Part shown: positions 38,143-50,789 of the stretch, piece after piece
Numbering within the stretch: position 1 is the stretch's first letter
How the letters are laid out: every line of letters starts with the position of its first letter
NCBI GenBank assembly: GCA_001600815.1
Contig: BCKZ01000006.1
Location: forward strand, 964,137-1,028,136
From: Alloascoidea hylecoeti
Lineage: Eukaryota
Direction: 5' to 3'
Length of the DNA: 64,000 nt
The notes under the pieces: generated by a model
The model's database searches: none
Told to the model about the DNA's origin: nothing
Seen by the model: the letters and a program-made list of their open reading frames with translations, nothing else
Translations under genes and position numbers: made by a program

Positions 38143-38595
38143 GGTGAGTAATTTATATGAGATTAAAAGAACTGTTATAAATGAAAGTTTTATATTGATT
38201 AGAAGCAAAAGCAAAAAATCTGTGGTAAATAAAAGTTTTATATCGATAGGAGTAAAAAATCAAGAAAGTATGTTTGTGTGCTAATGCAGATCTCAGTACA
38301 ATTATAATAAGTTGGGTGCCACCTATTTAGGAAACTCTGCACACGACAAACTTCCCTAAAAACTTAATAAAATATCAGAAGGATAAGTACATGTTCTAAT
38401 ATAGACTTGTTAACGTTAACGTTTTTTCTGGGCAATTTCAATTAATATTGAATATCAATATATCTCCTATGAAACCCTCTATTAGCTTGGAAAGTACACA
38501 AAAAAGATATCATAAATTTAAAAATAAATTAAATAAATTAAATAAATTAAAATAACGTAAAACATATTAATCATGATGCCGTCTCTTAAAAGTTT

Positions 38596-40320
38596 TTATT
38601 TGCCTTGGATCATATCGACAAACCTCCATGGAACATCTAATCTATCCATAACCAGCTCGATAAATTGAAGTCTATCTCCTTTTAAAAATTGTTCATTTGC
38701 AAATAGATTCTCTAATTCCTCCTTATTAGAGACTTTACTACTGAATACATTATCATCACCACCAAAAACATTCAAAAGCTCAGTCCATTTCCAATTTGGA
38801 CAAATATCATTGTATGAGCTGTTTTCACCCATAATAACTCTTTCGACGGAATAACCATCATTATTCAATAGGAAAATTGTAGGTGTGACTCCATTTCTAA
38901 TCATCGTTCCTAATTCCTGTATTGTCATCTGTGATGATCCATCACCTTCAAATAAAAATACTCTTCCTGGTTTATGATTTTCTCTACGTGCAATTGAAAC
39001 ACCAAGTGTAGATGGTAAAGCATAACCAATCGAAGCAAAATATGGTTGTGATACAACCTCATTATTCTCTTTCAATTTCATATCACCCATAGCAAATTGA
39101 AAACTGCATGTTTCAGTGATTATTGCGTCATTTGGTTTTAAAATTTTCTGAAATTCAAGTAACAAATCACTTTGAGCTAATCCAGATTTGGATTCTGTAT
39201 ATCTTGCTTCTGGAAACACTGGCCTTGTCAGATTCTTTTTAACATAGTCACCATTAAGTAGAAGTTCTTTTGTTATTCTCTTCAAGATATGTAAGAAATG
39301 TTCGACACAGAATACTTCACCTTTGATTGATATATAATCAGGTGTTAATGCAATCTTATTTTCTTCGGGGATATTTGTAGAAAATTGACCAGTATTTAAA
39401 TCTGAATCTAAGGCTCCAATATGAATAACCAAATCGGAAGATTCAATAAAATTTTTAACACCTGGAATCGATAGACGACCCATGTATGAACCACAGTAAT
39501 ATGGTCTTGATTGATTAATAATACTGATACCAGCATGTGTTGTAAAGGAATTAAACTGAGTTGCTTCTAAGAATTCAGTGATAATTGGTCTTCCATTATT
39601 TCTGGATCCTAACACATCGACAAGATTAACTGGATTAGTTGAAGACTTAATACATTCAATAATTCTTCTTGCGATAAATTCATCTGTATGAGACAGTTGG
39701 GGTAGTCCCAAATCCAAGGGCAAGTATAGCATATTACTACTTATGGGGAAGTCAACACTTGATGTTGGTAAGAATATGTAACCAGGTTGTGAATTCAAAT
39801 ATACCTGTTCAATGACTCTGTGAAACTCAGGAATTGCGGTTTTTGGATCGTCTAACCAAGCAGAAGCACATGAAATTGGTTCGATCATTTTAGCGTATAC
39901 CTTATGATCAGGGAAATTAAATTTTTTCCCAGGAATTAGATGGTGAATTTTCTTTTGAGTACCTTGGATATTTTTTGGAGAAACACCAACAATATGTAAA
40001 ATAGGAGATCGTTCAGCAAAAGCACCAGCGATTCCATTGATAGCGCTTAGTTCACCAACACCAAACGTCGTTATCAATACACCTGGTTTTCCAGCTGCTC
40101 TTCCATAGCCATCAGCAGCATAAGCAGCATTTAATTCATTGCAACATCCAATCCAATTTAAACCATCAACTCTGTAAATATTCTCCAAAAAACTCAGGTT
40201 GAAATCACCTGGAACACCAAATATATTATCAATACCTAGTGATTTAATTCTTCTAAAGATATATTCACCAAAACTAATGGTACTATCTTCATAGTCATCA
40301 TGTATTATAGAAGGAGCCAT
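38596..40320 (-). CDS. ARO10: ThDP-dependent 2-oxo-acid (phenylpyruvate) decarboxylase; ATG at 40320
   Basis: FGVPGDFNL, CCNELNAAYAADGY, TTFGVGELSA, FEGDGSSQMTIQEL...NNDGYSVER, SYND..WKWTEL; upstream CGG-N7 arrays support ARO10 over PDC1. Confidence 0.85.
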   Translation of the reverse strand: MAPSIIHDDYEDSTISFGEYIFRRIKSLGIDNIFGVPGDFNLSFLENIYRVDGLNWIGCCNELNAAYAADGYGRAAGKPGVLITTFGVGELSAINGIAGAFAERSPILHIVGVSPKNIQGTQKKIHHLIPGKKFNFPDHKVYAKMIEPISCASAWLDDPKTAIPEFHRVIEQVYLNSQPGYIFLPTSSVDFPISSNMLYLPLDLGLPQLSHTDEFIARRIIECIKSSTNPVNLVDVLGSRNNGRPIITEFLEATQFNSFTTHAGISIINQSRPYYCGSYMGRLSIPGVKNFIESSDLVIHIGALDSDLNTGQFSTNIPEENKIALTPDYISIKGEVFCVEHFLHILKRITKELLLNGDYVKKNLTRPVFPEARYTESKSGLAQSDLLLEFQKILKPNDAIITETCSFQFAMGDMKLKENNEVVSQPYFASIGYALPSTLGVSIARRENHKPGRVFLFEGDGSSQMTIQELGTMIRNGVTPTIFLLNNDGYSVERVIMGENSSYNDICPNWKWTELLNVFGGDDNVFSSKVSNKEELENLFANEQFLKGDRLQFIELVMDRLDVPWRFVDMIQGK

Positions 40321-40539
40321 TATTATTTGCGATCGCGTCAAGAAGTTAGGATAGCAAAGAATATACTAAATTTAAAAAAGTCGAAAAGTTGGAAATTGTT
40401 AATTATAAATTTAGAACAATTTGAAATTCCAAAATATTAATTTTTCAATAATCACTAAAAGTAGAGAAGGACATCCTTATATAAATTTATTTTTCCGCCG
40501 TTGTTTTTCTTTAGTACAACTTGTAGGAATCAACTGTCC

Positions 40540-40665
40540 CGGATATCGAAGGTTATAAACGGAAAACGGTCTTAAATATAACCTTGGGTTGCAATAGCCT
40601 AAAGCTTAAAATAATTGGGTTGTCGCCATATTCGGTTAGACACGGTTATCGAAGGTTGAAAACGG
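40540..40665. promoter_or_regulatory. Two Aro80-type CGG-N7 repeat arrays upstream of ARO10
   Basis: Triplets CGG/AGG/CGG at 40540, 40550, 40560 and CGG/CGG/AGG/CGG at 40633, 40643, 40653, 40663, all at 10-bp spacing. Confidence 0.7.
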
Positions 40666-42398
40666 CTCGAACCGTCTAACTAATTTTAATTTCTTAACGA
40701 TTCCTACATAATTATAAGGTATTATATGATAATTATAGCGGAAGTTGAGTAACTATGAATTCGAAAATTCTAAGTGAGGGTAACACCTCATAATTTGCTA
40801 ACTGATTGCAATTGCAAGTGAGATGTTTTATAGAGGTGGCACGCAATGTGCAGTTCGACACTTTTTACACGTTGTAAATCTTTACTAAGTTATTTAGTTT
40901 TTTCCTTAGAAGAAGGAAACCTGTTAAAATTTGATATTCTTTTACATTAAATTACATTTTTATTTCCAACCAATGGTGTAAATACTTATATTCTGAGTGA
41001 ATAGTTTCGTCTACAATTCATCTTCTGCCTGCCCTAGCCATTTTGCTATAAGGCTTATACACAACCGGTACCGTTAATCTTGTAAAGTGTCTCACTGAAG
41101 CCCTACTTATCCTTTTATGAGGAATTTCGGAAATATGATTTTAAATAGAGTTAACGTTATTATAGTTTTGTATTGTATCTCTATTGGTCTATCGTGACAA
41201 AACACCATCTTGCAATGGCAATTGCGAGCTTAATTAATTTAAAGAACCCACGCCATCTGCATATATTATCACCAAGTGGGGAGTATTTGAGGATTCTTTG
41301 AAAATTACGATGCGGTTCGATGCTATAGGTCACCGTCATGATCATCTTCTCTCTTTTTGATTTCGTAGTCTTTTCTTTTAGTTTTACATAGTTTTAGTTT
41401 TTCAATATAACATACATTATAATATACATTATAATTTAATTTTACGAATAGTTGTATATAATATATACTGATTTCATGATAATTGCTGGCGATGAAGGTT
41501 TTGAAATACTTTGTATATGTTTCTTAAAGATTTCTCAAACACTCCTTGCACAAGCTGCGGATATAGCTCAACACGGTAAATCGGTCCTTCCGTTCATGTA
41601 GTGGATTATAAATTCAGTCAAGTTATCCACAAATATTGCAATTGTGTTAAGACTTAATAAATTTGTAAACATTAAACTAACAATCTCAAGATGGAAATTC
41701 TAACTCTATCGATAATGTTAGCGAGGGAAAAAACACAGTAAACAATAACTTAACCAAACTTTGGAATTCAAAGTTTCAATAATCACGACTTATAATTTAT
41801 AGCTGCAATGATAATTTGTTATAAATCAAAGATTTTAAAATCACTTGTAGACCAAAACTTTACATATTGATTTCCCCATTCAAAGTATACAAATAGGTTC
41901 TTCTGATCAAACCGATATATCCCATAACTTATGTATTAAAGTTTGAAATAGGAGTTTTTGTATCCAGCTGGTTAGTTACTTTGGAATAAAGAAACCAAGT
42001 CATCAAGTTTTTGGTCTAATCAAGTGAAATCTTTAGTCAAATTACCCTTCGAGCCGAGCACAAGACAAGTCGTAAAAATAGACACGTTTGAAAGAGTTCT
42101 TCATTTTTGGATGAGTTACTAATTATTGTGCTTTCGACTATAGAGATATATTCTTGTTAGACTGTGCTTTTTCATATACTGGTAGTCACCAATCCAATAT
42201 TTCGAGTTCTGCATACCTGCATATACCAACAATGAAAATTTGAATAGTTTATCTAATTACAACACAAGCTACTAAAATTTTAAAAAGAATGACATTTACT
42301 TTATTTACTATTTATCTGTCGACTGGCTTCTTTAAAACCCCATTTATTATTGTTGGTGGTGCTGAGGAGTTTTAAAGAGGGAGTCGGACGAATACAAG

Positions 42399-42885
42399 TA
42401 TAAGTACATCCTGGTCTGTTCATATTGCGGTTGGTATGGTTGATCATCTGAAAATCCAAAATCCTCATTAACTAAATCTATCAAGCCTGAAGAATTTGAT
42501 AATTTCATCTTTTCTTTAAGTTGAATAGACGATTAGACAAAGAATTCAAATCAAATACAAATGCCTGATTAAACAAAATAATTATATAAATACTTTGGAT
42601 ATCCCTGTGTCTAAGAGATACGAATTGTTAGTAAAGTAATAAATGTACTGGAAATTATTAATGTAATTAAAAGTATATAAAGTATTGTATCTAGCTTCAC
42701 AAAGGAATACTAGGTAAATAATCGTAACCCATTGAGGACAAGACGATAAACTATTGCAACACAAAGGTAACACAATAAATGTTTGCCAACACAATATAAA
42801 CTCCGGATCCATCTTCAAAGAATGAGGCTTTATTCCATTTATAATCAGATGTGTAATCTACAGAACAGATCAGGATGTACTTATA
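42399..42885. mobile_element. Candidate MITE (~490 bp) with 23-bp terminal inverted repeats, TA at both ends
   Basis: tataagtacatcctggtctgttc (42399-42421) versus gaacagatcaggatgtacttata (42863-42885), 22/23 inverted match. Confidence 0.5.
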
Positions 42886-43966
42886 TCAAAGCACCAACGT
42901 CCTGCAGATTAATTCTCTGCATATCCATGTTGTTAACAGAATGATTCCACTCCCCGAGCCCATGATTATTTTAGATAAAGAAATGTCCAGAAGTCATGGT
43001 CTAAGTATCTAAAGGATGAAAAGAGGAAACAATGATTTGTTACTTTCTTACAAAGAGGTTATATTAGTATCGCTTCTCCTTGACAGGCCACAGAATAAGG
43101 AAAACATTCTGGATGAGAATAAAAAAATCCCCGGAGATGAATAGTTAGAAATTATTGCAATTGAAAGAGATGAAAATTTAAAAGGAAGTTTAAAAGATAC
43201 ATATATTTTAACATTAAACAATTATCAAATAAGTCTTATAGCTAGTAGTTATACCATCATGTCAGGACTCAGTAGTACCGGACCGAACCAATGGAACATG
43301 AAAAAGTTGTTATTCAACCACGATTTTCTAAACTAATAACAAACCTAATTCCCGGAGAGCTTATGGAGCACAAAAGAAGAGCTTACAGGAGAACCTATTG
43401 GGGAGCTTATGGAGAGCTTAATAGAAGAGGACTTCAATATTTTGATTGTTTGGACCTAGGGTGAATCGACTTCTGATGATGTAATATAAAAACCACTTAA
43501 ATTTAATTTATATATGGAAAGCCAAATAAATATAAATTAATTACATATAATCAAAAAAGTACAAACATTAATATTATTTGCATATAGTTAAAGATACTGA
43601 TTAATAATAATACTATATATATATATGTATTATTGACGATATTCAAGGTCTTGGAAGTTGGCTGTTTAAGTATGATATCTTATTGCATGTGCAATTCTTA
43701 AACAGTAATAACTGAGAACGTAGACTGTATCACACGACATTTCTTTTCTGTTTGACAAAACCGTTACAATGTCAGTAATAACAGAAGGATTAAACAATTT
43801 TAAAACAATTTTTTCCCAACATTCCAATTGGATCAGCAATGGTGTCGATTTGCTAACAGATTGTGACCTAAATGATAAAATATAAATTCTATACAGAATC
43901 AGGCTTTTCAAATTTTCAACTGGTTTTAAAAAAGAAAATAATTCATCGTTATCTTTCGCATTTATA

Positions 43967-44600
43967 ATGAGTTATCAACCTCGAGGATTCCTCTTCATGG
44001 AAGACTTAACAAGTAAATCAAAAGGAACTAAACCTACATCTACCATTAATAAAACTTGCGCAACACTACATCAGGTAAAGCCCAATAAGTGTTAAAAATT
44101 TGATTTTACAGAGGATATACAATTACTACCATTCAAATTACCACATTTGGATATTATCGAACTAAATGTTATTATTTTATCAACTTTAAAGCAACAAAAA
44201 ATAGTTAAAGTATGTGGGTCAATTAATGAAGCTCAAATTAATTCTATCCTAAAAGAAAGAATCTTCAACCTGTTAGAAATGGTAATACAGCTTCTTGATG
44301 GCTAGGACTAAGATACACTAGAATCTGTACAACATTCATTGAGATCACATTCTCTCGAATATAGAGTTATCCCAGATTTTCTACTAAAAACACCATACAA
44401 TAATTTATTTTGTATTGAACTGAAAAAACCGACCATTCGAATTTTAAACAAAGATGATTTACCTTTCGACAAAGATTTCAATAATATTTTCACTCAATCG
44501 GTTCATCAGTGTTTATTGAGTAGTATACCATTTGGATGGGTTTCCGATTACTATTCTACTGTATGATATCGACTTTGTTGAAAATGAAATAAATTATATT
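43967..44600 (+). pseudogene. Disrupted ORF with a PD-(D/E)XK nuclease-like motif
   Basis: VIPDFLL...CIELKKP...FTQSVHQCLLSSIPFGWVSDYYST in 44339-44566; flanked by stop-interrupted frames. Confidence 0.45.
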
Positions 44601-44843
44601 ATTATCCAACTATCTTTAATAATAAAATTGGAAAAGCAAAAGATTTTCAAAAATTAAATTTTATTTTATGATGATGATTAAATAATTTATTATTGTTGTT
44701 ATATTTTTGTCAACTTCTGATAATTTTGTGTAGTTTTTGATGTCATTTATACGTATATAAAATAAATAAATAATGTAACGGTGTTGATGGAATGTGTTTT
44801 TATTTAATATATTTCATTTTATATTAATTAACTATGATAGTAT

Positions 44844-45208
44844 GAGATTCACCACCTCTATATCTATATTCAAATTTATTATCATCACGAGTTATAAAAT
44901 CATCATGATCAGGGAATTTTTCTTCAACTTCATAAGTCATTGCATCGCAAACACCAAAATCTAATTTATCTAAAGCTTTCCATTGTAATTGAGGATATTT
45001 TAAATGTATTACAGTTCGTTGAGTTCTTTTTAATGTTGAAGACCAAACAGTTAATTCTTTGTCATTTTCAAGAGATCTCATAACTAATTCAGGTAAAACT
45101 TTTGAATATCGTAAACCTCTTTTTGATAAATCAGCATCACCGCCAATTTGACCAGTTAAATTAAACTTTGATTCACAATGTCTTGATAACCAAATTAATA
45201 CTTCTTGG
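44844..45208 (-). pseudogene. Fragment of fructose-2,6-bisphosphatase (Fbp26-like histidine phosphatase domain)
   Basis: IWLSRHCESKFNLTGQIGGDADLSKRG...LTVWSSTLKRTQ...LQWKALDKLDFGVCDAMTYE...RDDNKFEYRYRGGES; no kinase domain, truncated at both ends. Confidence 0.88.
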
Positions 45209-45877
45209 TAAAACCACGCATGAAAAAAGCTTGTAGTTAGTTAGGATATGTGCAATATGAAGGGAAAGAGATAGAGCAACTAAGACCCATCGTCAACTTA
45301 TGGGGGCTAGGGTGTAAACATGCGTAGCATTATTTACTTACCAGATCACAACCTGATCAGTGATTTATCTGAAAATATGATAAAGGCTTCAACAAGGAGC
45401 TTAACTATTGTTAAGACAATCGTTTGAAACGCTCTGTATATTACAGAAGGTCCAGCCAAGTAAAAGATCTAGCTAGGAAATAAAATCAATTTCAATTATT
45501 AGAATATGAATCAAGGAACATTGAAAATAATAGTAGCACCTGAAGAAGTCATGGATGAGACTCTCCACTTGGTTGTCTATAAAATTACCTAAGTTAATAT
45601 TTTGTGAAGTGTGCTTCTTTTCTTTTTTTTTTTGATTATCGGCCCTAACCTTCAGACCACCTTGTACAAAACACAAACACTTTTGCGATAATTCGACCAA
45701 GTTTTATAACCCTACCATAATTAAAGGATAATTGCCAAATATATGAAATATTCGCAATTGATAAGGAGAACGGTACAAAACCATCACTTTATTAATATTA
45801 ATGTTAACATATAGAATTCATAGATAATTGGAATATATAATTATATTATCATGAAACATTAATCATGAATAAATATA

Positions 45878-48800
45878 TCAAGCAATGATGCACTTCTCGT
45901 CTCTATATTTCTTTGCGCGCCTAGTTACTTTTTCATCGGGGAAATTGATAGAAGAGGAAACACTCAAATCCCCCGATTTTGATCCAAGTCCTTTTGAATG
46001 TCGATTATGTTGTCCTGTAAATGATTCACGTAACGCACTTCTATAATCTCTAACCTCTTTCTGATCATTTTCAGATTCTTTACCCTTCCCATTTGCATTT
46101 TTATTTCCTTTAAAACGAAAACTTAATGAACTTGAGCGACGGGGTGAAAAAGATAATCTTTTAAAATCTTTTAGTTTCTCCCGCTCAGTAGAACTTGTAG
46201 AAATTGCAGATGCAGAAGCAGAAGATTTTGCGGAATCTGAACTTAATTGCGGATGAATTGGCGTTGTGTTCGGATGAAGTAGGTGATATTCATGAGGACT
46301 TTGTGAGTTGATACTTAATTCATGTTTATGTGCAGGTGTTATATCATCCGATACTGTAGGTGCAGTTGTAGTAATCGTAATTGGGTTGGAATTGCTATGT
46401 GGTGAAGATGATATAGGCGTATCTCGATCCCTTGATCTTGAATCAACCTGTGATCTACTGCGATGAACTAGGTCTGCCATACTCTTTGGTCTCTTTTTTC
46501 CGGGTCTTCGTAATGATCTTCCTCTCTTCCAAAATGAATCTCTCTTGTCAAGTGAATCCGTTTTCTCAGACGAATCAGCCGGGTTATTATCTACAATAAA
46601 TGTGATTGTGGGCTCAGAATCTGTCTCGACAACACCTTGCTTCGTATGTTTTTGAATATATTGGTCTTGCTTTTCATTGGCATCAACTTCAACTTTCAAA
46701 TTGGGATGTGCCGTAGAATTGGACTCTTGTTTGGTTATCACCAAAGGAGCTTGTAAATGCCGTAATGATGAGTTACTGCTTCTTTTTTCAACCATAGGTG
46801 TAGCTGGTTCCTCGACCATAGTAGGTTCAGTATCTATTAAATATTCATCATTAATCAATGGTGTTGTATATGAAATATCTGTCTTGTCTCCAATGTTCTC
46901 TGTTTCTACTAATATTTCGCCATCTTCACGCGTTTTTATTAACCAAAAATATTTATCTCTTATATCAATATAACTCGAGTTTAGTACTGAAATTGAATTT
47001 GATGGCACTTGATCATTGAGTTTATCTCGAAATTTATTGATGAATTTCATTTTGTCCTTTGCCTTCTTTGGAGCGCTCGAAGGTTCAGCTAACGTATCTG
47101 CTGTTGTAATATGTGATTCGGTAGAAATTTCATTATGTAACAGTGGTAATTCCATTTCAGTATGATAACGAGGACTAGCATCTTTAATAATAATATCAGT
47201 TCCTAATTGTTTTGACTTCTGCATATACTCTGCTACCGATAAAGAGTTTGCACTGCTAAGTTCATAATCAGTATCATTATCCAAATCACTAATATAAGTG
47301 AACGAACTCTTCGATGAAAACCGCTCATCCGAAATATTTGGGTTTGTATCTGTGCCATACACAGGGGTACGGGGCGGTGTTGTGTCTGCCTCTGATATTG
47401 GACCATCATGATCGCCCATTGATTCTTGATCAGGTGCCACTGTGACTGTAGTAGTTGTAGTTTTTGAACTGATGTTATCAACCATTCTATAAAATAACAT
47501 GTATGGGGTCTCCTTTGTATTAATCCAATTAAAATCAACCTTCTTAACTTTGTCTTTATTATTTTTCATATCATCAAATAAAAGCCATTCCGTATTGTCA
47601 TTATCTCCTAGATCTCTATTTGCAATCATTGATACAAAATGGCCACTGTTTATTGATTTCCCTCTGTGACATACCGCACTTTCTAATATTAATCTGAAAT
47701 TCCCATATAAAGCTGGTTCATCATCTTGATCATCGTCTGCTACAAAATGAGGAAGATCAATTACACTAGGTATTATCACTCTTCTTCCATTTCGAACAGA
47801 TGTGCCATTTGCAGTCCAATTATAACGCTTTAAACATATAACAAGGACAGGTCGTCTAGAAGCAAAATATTGGGCGGATGAAATTTCAGGATCTAAGTCT
47901 GTATAAAATGGAAGAAGCTGCAAAAACATCCAAGCTGGAAGTAGAACTTCATTGTTTGTAGAAAAGATAGTTGAGGAACGACCTCGAGAGGTAGTGGTCA
48001 CTAATGTTTGATCTTTTGTCATTGAATCACTTCGGGCAAGGAAACCGGAGGGTGTGTATGGGGGTGGTGCTGACGCTGGATTATGAGATATGTCTGAACT
48101 ATTCATCAGATCAACACTATCTTGCACAATAACGGTTCCAAGATCATCAATATAATCAGGGATTTCACTGGTTGGAGTTATACTTCCGGACTCTATATCT
48201 TCATTTTCAACGGTTTCAACAACCGAGTCAAAAGGCTTATCATAATCATCAGACTCGGGTATTGTTTTAGAAGAAAGACTACCGGTCTTACTTGAATCAT
48301 AATACTGCACATCTGGGTTCAGTGAATCAGTTCTCCATCGAGGCCTTGTTACCGTTTTAATAGAATTACTGGTTGTATTGCGATCAAAAGGTGGAGGTGT
48401 TGGTAAATTTGATGAATCTTTTTGTAAACGCATTAAAGAATCTAAAGTTTTCCTTCTCTCAATATGTCTCATCACACTAACAGCATTAGAAAAATACTCC
48501 TCTAAGCATTCCTCTAATAAAATTGGTTCATCCTCAGCACCTTTATCTGCTTCTGGAATAGGAACATAAATCAGTCTTTCTTTAACGGTTTTATGATCAT
48601 CTTCTTGTTCTTCTTTGCCACCATGTTGAATATCTACTTTTAAAGTTAATAATGGCATATCAAGTTGTTCAGTTAAGAATATAAAGGCAGAAGCGGCATC
48701 TTGTTGCTGATATGACATGGCTTCCTTAAATCCAACTCTTGCTAAAACTTTGCATAGTAAATGTGTAATATCCGTAGTTATTAATTTTCCAGATCTTAAT

Positions 48801-49584
48801 AGACTAACATATAATCTTAATAAAACTATTAATAACTTTTTATCTTCGAAATGTTTATGACTATGATTATGATTATGATTATGATTAACCTCATCTGTTG
48901 GTTGGCATAATATTGGTTCAAATGAATTTAATCTGGCAAACATTGCAAAAAGTAAAGAATCAAGATAACACATTACTGTACCCCAATTATCCGGTCCAAT
49001 TAATTGTAGTTTCTCACCCATTTTGTCCCTTGATAAAGAACTAACTAATGTTTCTTGTGTGCATATTTGAAAATATCGTAGTAGTTCATAGGCTCTATCG
49101 GGATCTTTAGAACTGTATTTGGATGAAAGAAGTGAAAGTAATACATGATTAGGTATCTTTATATCTTTCCCTTGTTTTATAGTTATGTACTTTTTCAGTG
49201 TGAGGAGTTTTGGCTAAAAAATTGATAATTGCAAATTAGAGATATATTGGAAATCTGAAATGTTTCTGATATCGCTGGACAAGCATTAAAATTTAATGGC
49301 AAAAATGAATAACTATATCACTTACACTTGATGGCTTCACATGAACCCCTTCTTTTAAGAAAAATTCCCAGAATTTATAATCGAATAAACACCTTGACTG
49401 TTTAAAATAAACCATATTAATCGGTGAATTTCATGTTTAGGCCCACTGCAATGTCAGCTGTCTAGTAATGTAGACATACCTTTGAGACAGAAACATCTGT
49501 GTCTTTGGTCATTGAATGACCGATGCCTTTGGGCTCCTCGGTGTCTTTGGGATTGACTTCAGGACCCTTTGTCACACTTAACAT
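45878..49584 (-). CDS. Ubiquitin-specific protease (C19, CYLD-like) with C-terminal CAAX; predicted exons 49584-49480, 49397-49326, 49213-45878
   Basis: Cys box CYLDSLLFAMF, QQQDA, His box AVCHRGKSINSGHF, WLLFDD, PYMLFY; ends EKCIIA. The frame is open upstream of 49021 to a TTTTTTAG acceptor at 49214; two phase-0 GT-AG introns link to ATG 49584. Confidence 0.85.
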
Positions 49585-49937
49585 GAAAAAAGAGTGGAAA
49601 ATACAAGATTCGGGGTTGATTATAAAAACTATTATTATATCTACAATGTTGGCAATGTAATTATGCATCACGTGGCAAATCTTTTTGACTTATAAATTGA
49701 CATACGCCAGTTATTTATATCCGTTGAGCCGTTCCGAATATTTGGACACGTTTCTTCCGGGAAAAATGAAACAGGAGTTGACAACAGTCACAGCCAGGTT
49801 TCACATTTTTCGAAACCTCCTTTTACAACAAACGATTTCTTTTGTCTTTATTCATATAACAATCGATTAAAAGAACAGTTTATTATTTTTACACTATTTG
49901 TTTCTTTCTATAATTTCTTGATAACTTCTTATATACA

Positions 49938-50789
49938 ATGAGTTGGGCTGGTTTCAAAAAGGCAGTCAGTAGAGCCGGAACATCGGTATGTCCAAAATAT
50001 TTATAGGTCATTGTTTGATTTCAAACTAACTTTCAAATCATTAAAATTCAGGTTATGATGAAAGCCGGACATGTAGAAAAAACGATCGACAAAGTTTATG
50101 AAGCTGAAGAACGAAGATACAGAGTTATGGAAACCGCCGCAACCAAATTATCAAAGGAGGCAAAAGGTTATTTGGATTCTCTTCGTGCCATGACTGCGTC
50201 ACAAACTGCCATTGCCGAAACAATCGATGCATTTTATGGTGATGCTGGTACAAGAGATGGTGCTATTCAATATTACTTGCAAGCTGTTAAAGAGTTGGAT
50301 TCAGAAACCGTCAAGGCTTTAGATGGTCCTTATCGGGAAACAGTTTTAGAACCAATCACAAGGTTTGTTGCTTATTTCCAAGATATTAATGAAGCTATTA
50401 AAAAAAGAAGTCATAAGATGTTAGATTATGATGCTTTACGAGCTAAAACAAAAAGATTAGCCGAGAAACCAAGTGATGATGTATCAAAACTTCCACGTCT
50501 TGAAAAAGAATTATCAATGGCAAAGGAAGTTTATGAACAATTAAATACGCAACTGACTACGGAATTACCTCAATTGATTGACTTAAGGGTTCCATACTTA
50601 GATCCTTCTTTTGAGGCATTGGTTAAAATTCAATTGAGGTTTTGTACTGAGTCTTATACAAGATTAGCTCAAGTACAACAATATTTGGATGCTGAATCTA
50701 GAGATGCATATGCCAATGGTCAATTAGATGTTAAAGTTGATCAAGTTTTACAACAAATGAGAGAATTATCAATCACCCAATTAGGTTAA
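49938..50789 (+). CDS. RVS161: Amphiphysin N-BAR protein; exons 49938-49985 and 50052-50789
   Basis: MSWAGFKKAVSRAGTS exon; intron 49986-50051 (GTATGT...ACTAAC...CAG); LPQLIDLRVPYLDPSFEALVKIQLRFC. Confidence 0.96.

Noticed and set aside
43260..43480. TGTCAGGAC start and short ggagagcttatgga repeats as a solo LTR
   Set aside because: No matching end, target-site duplication or second copy found
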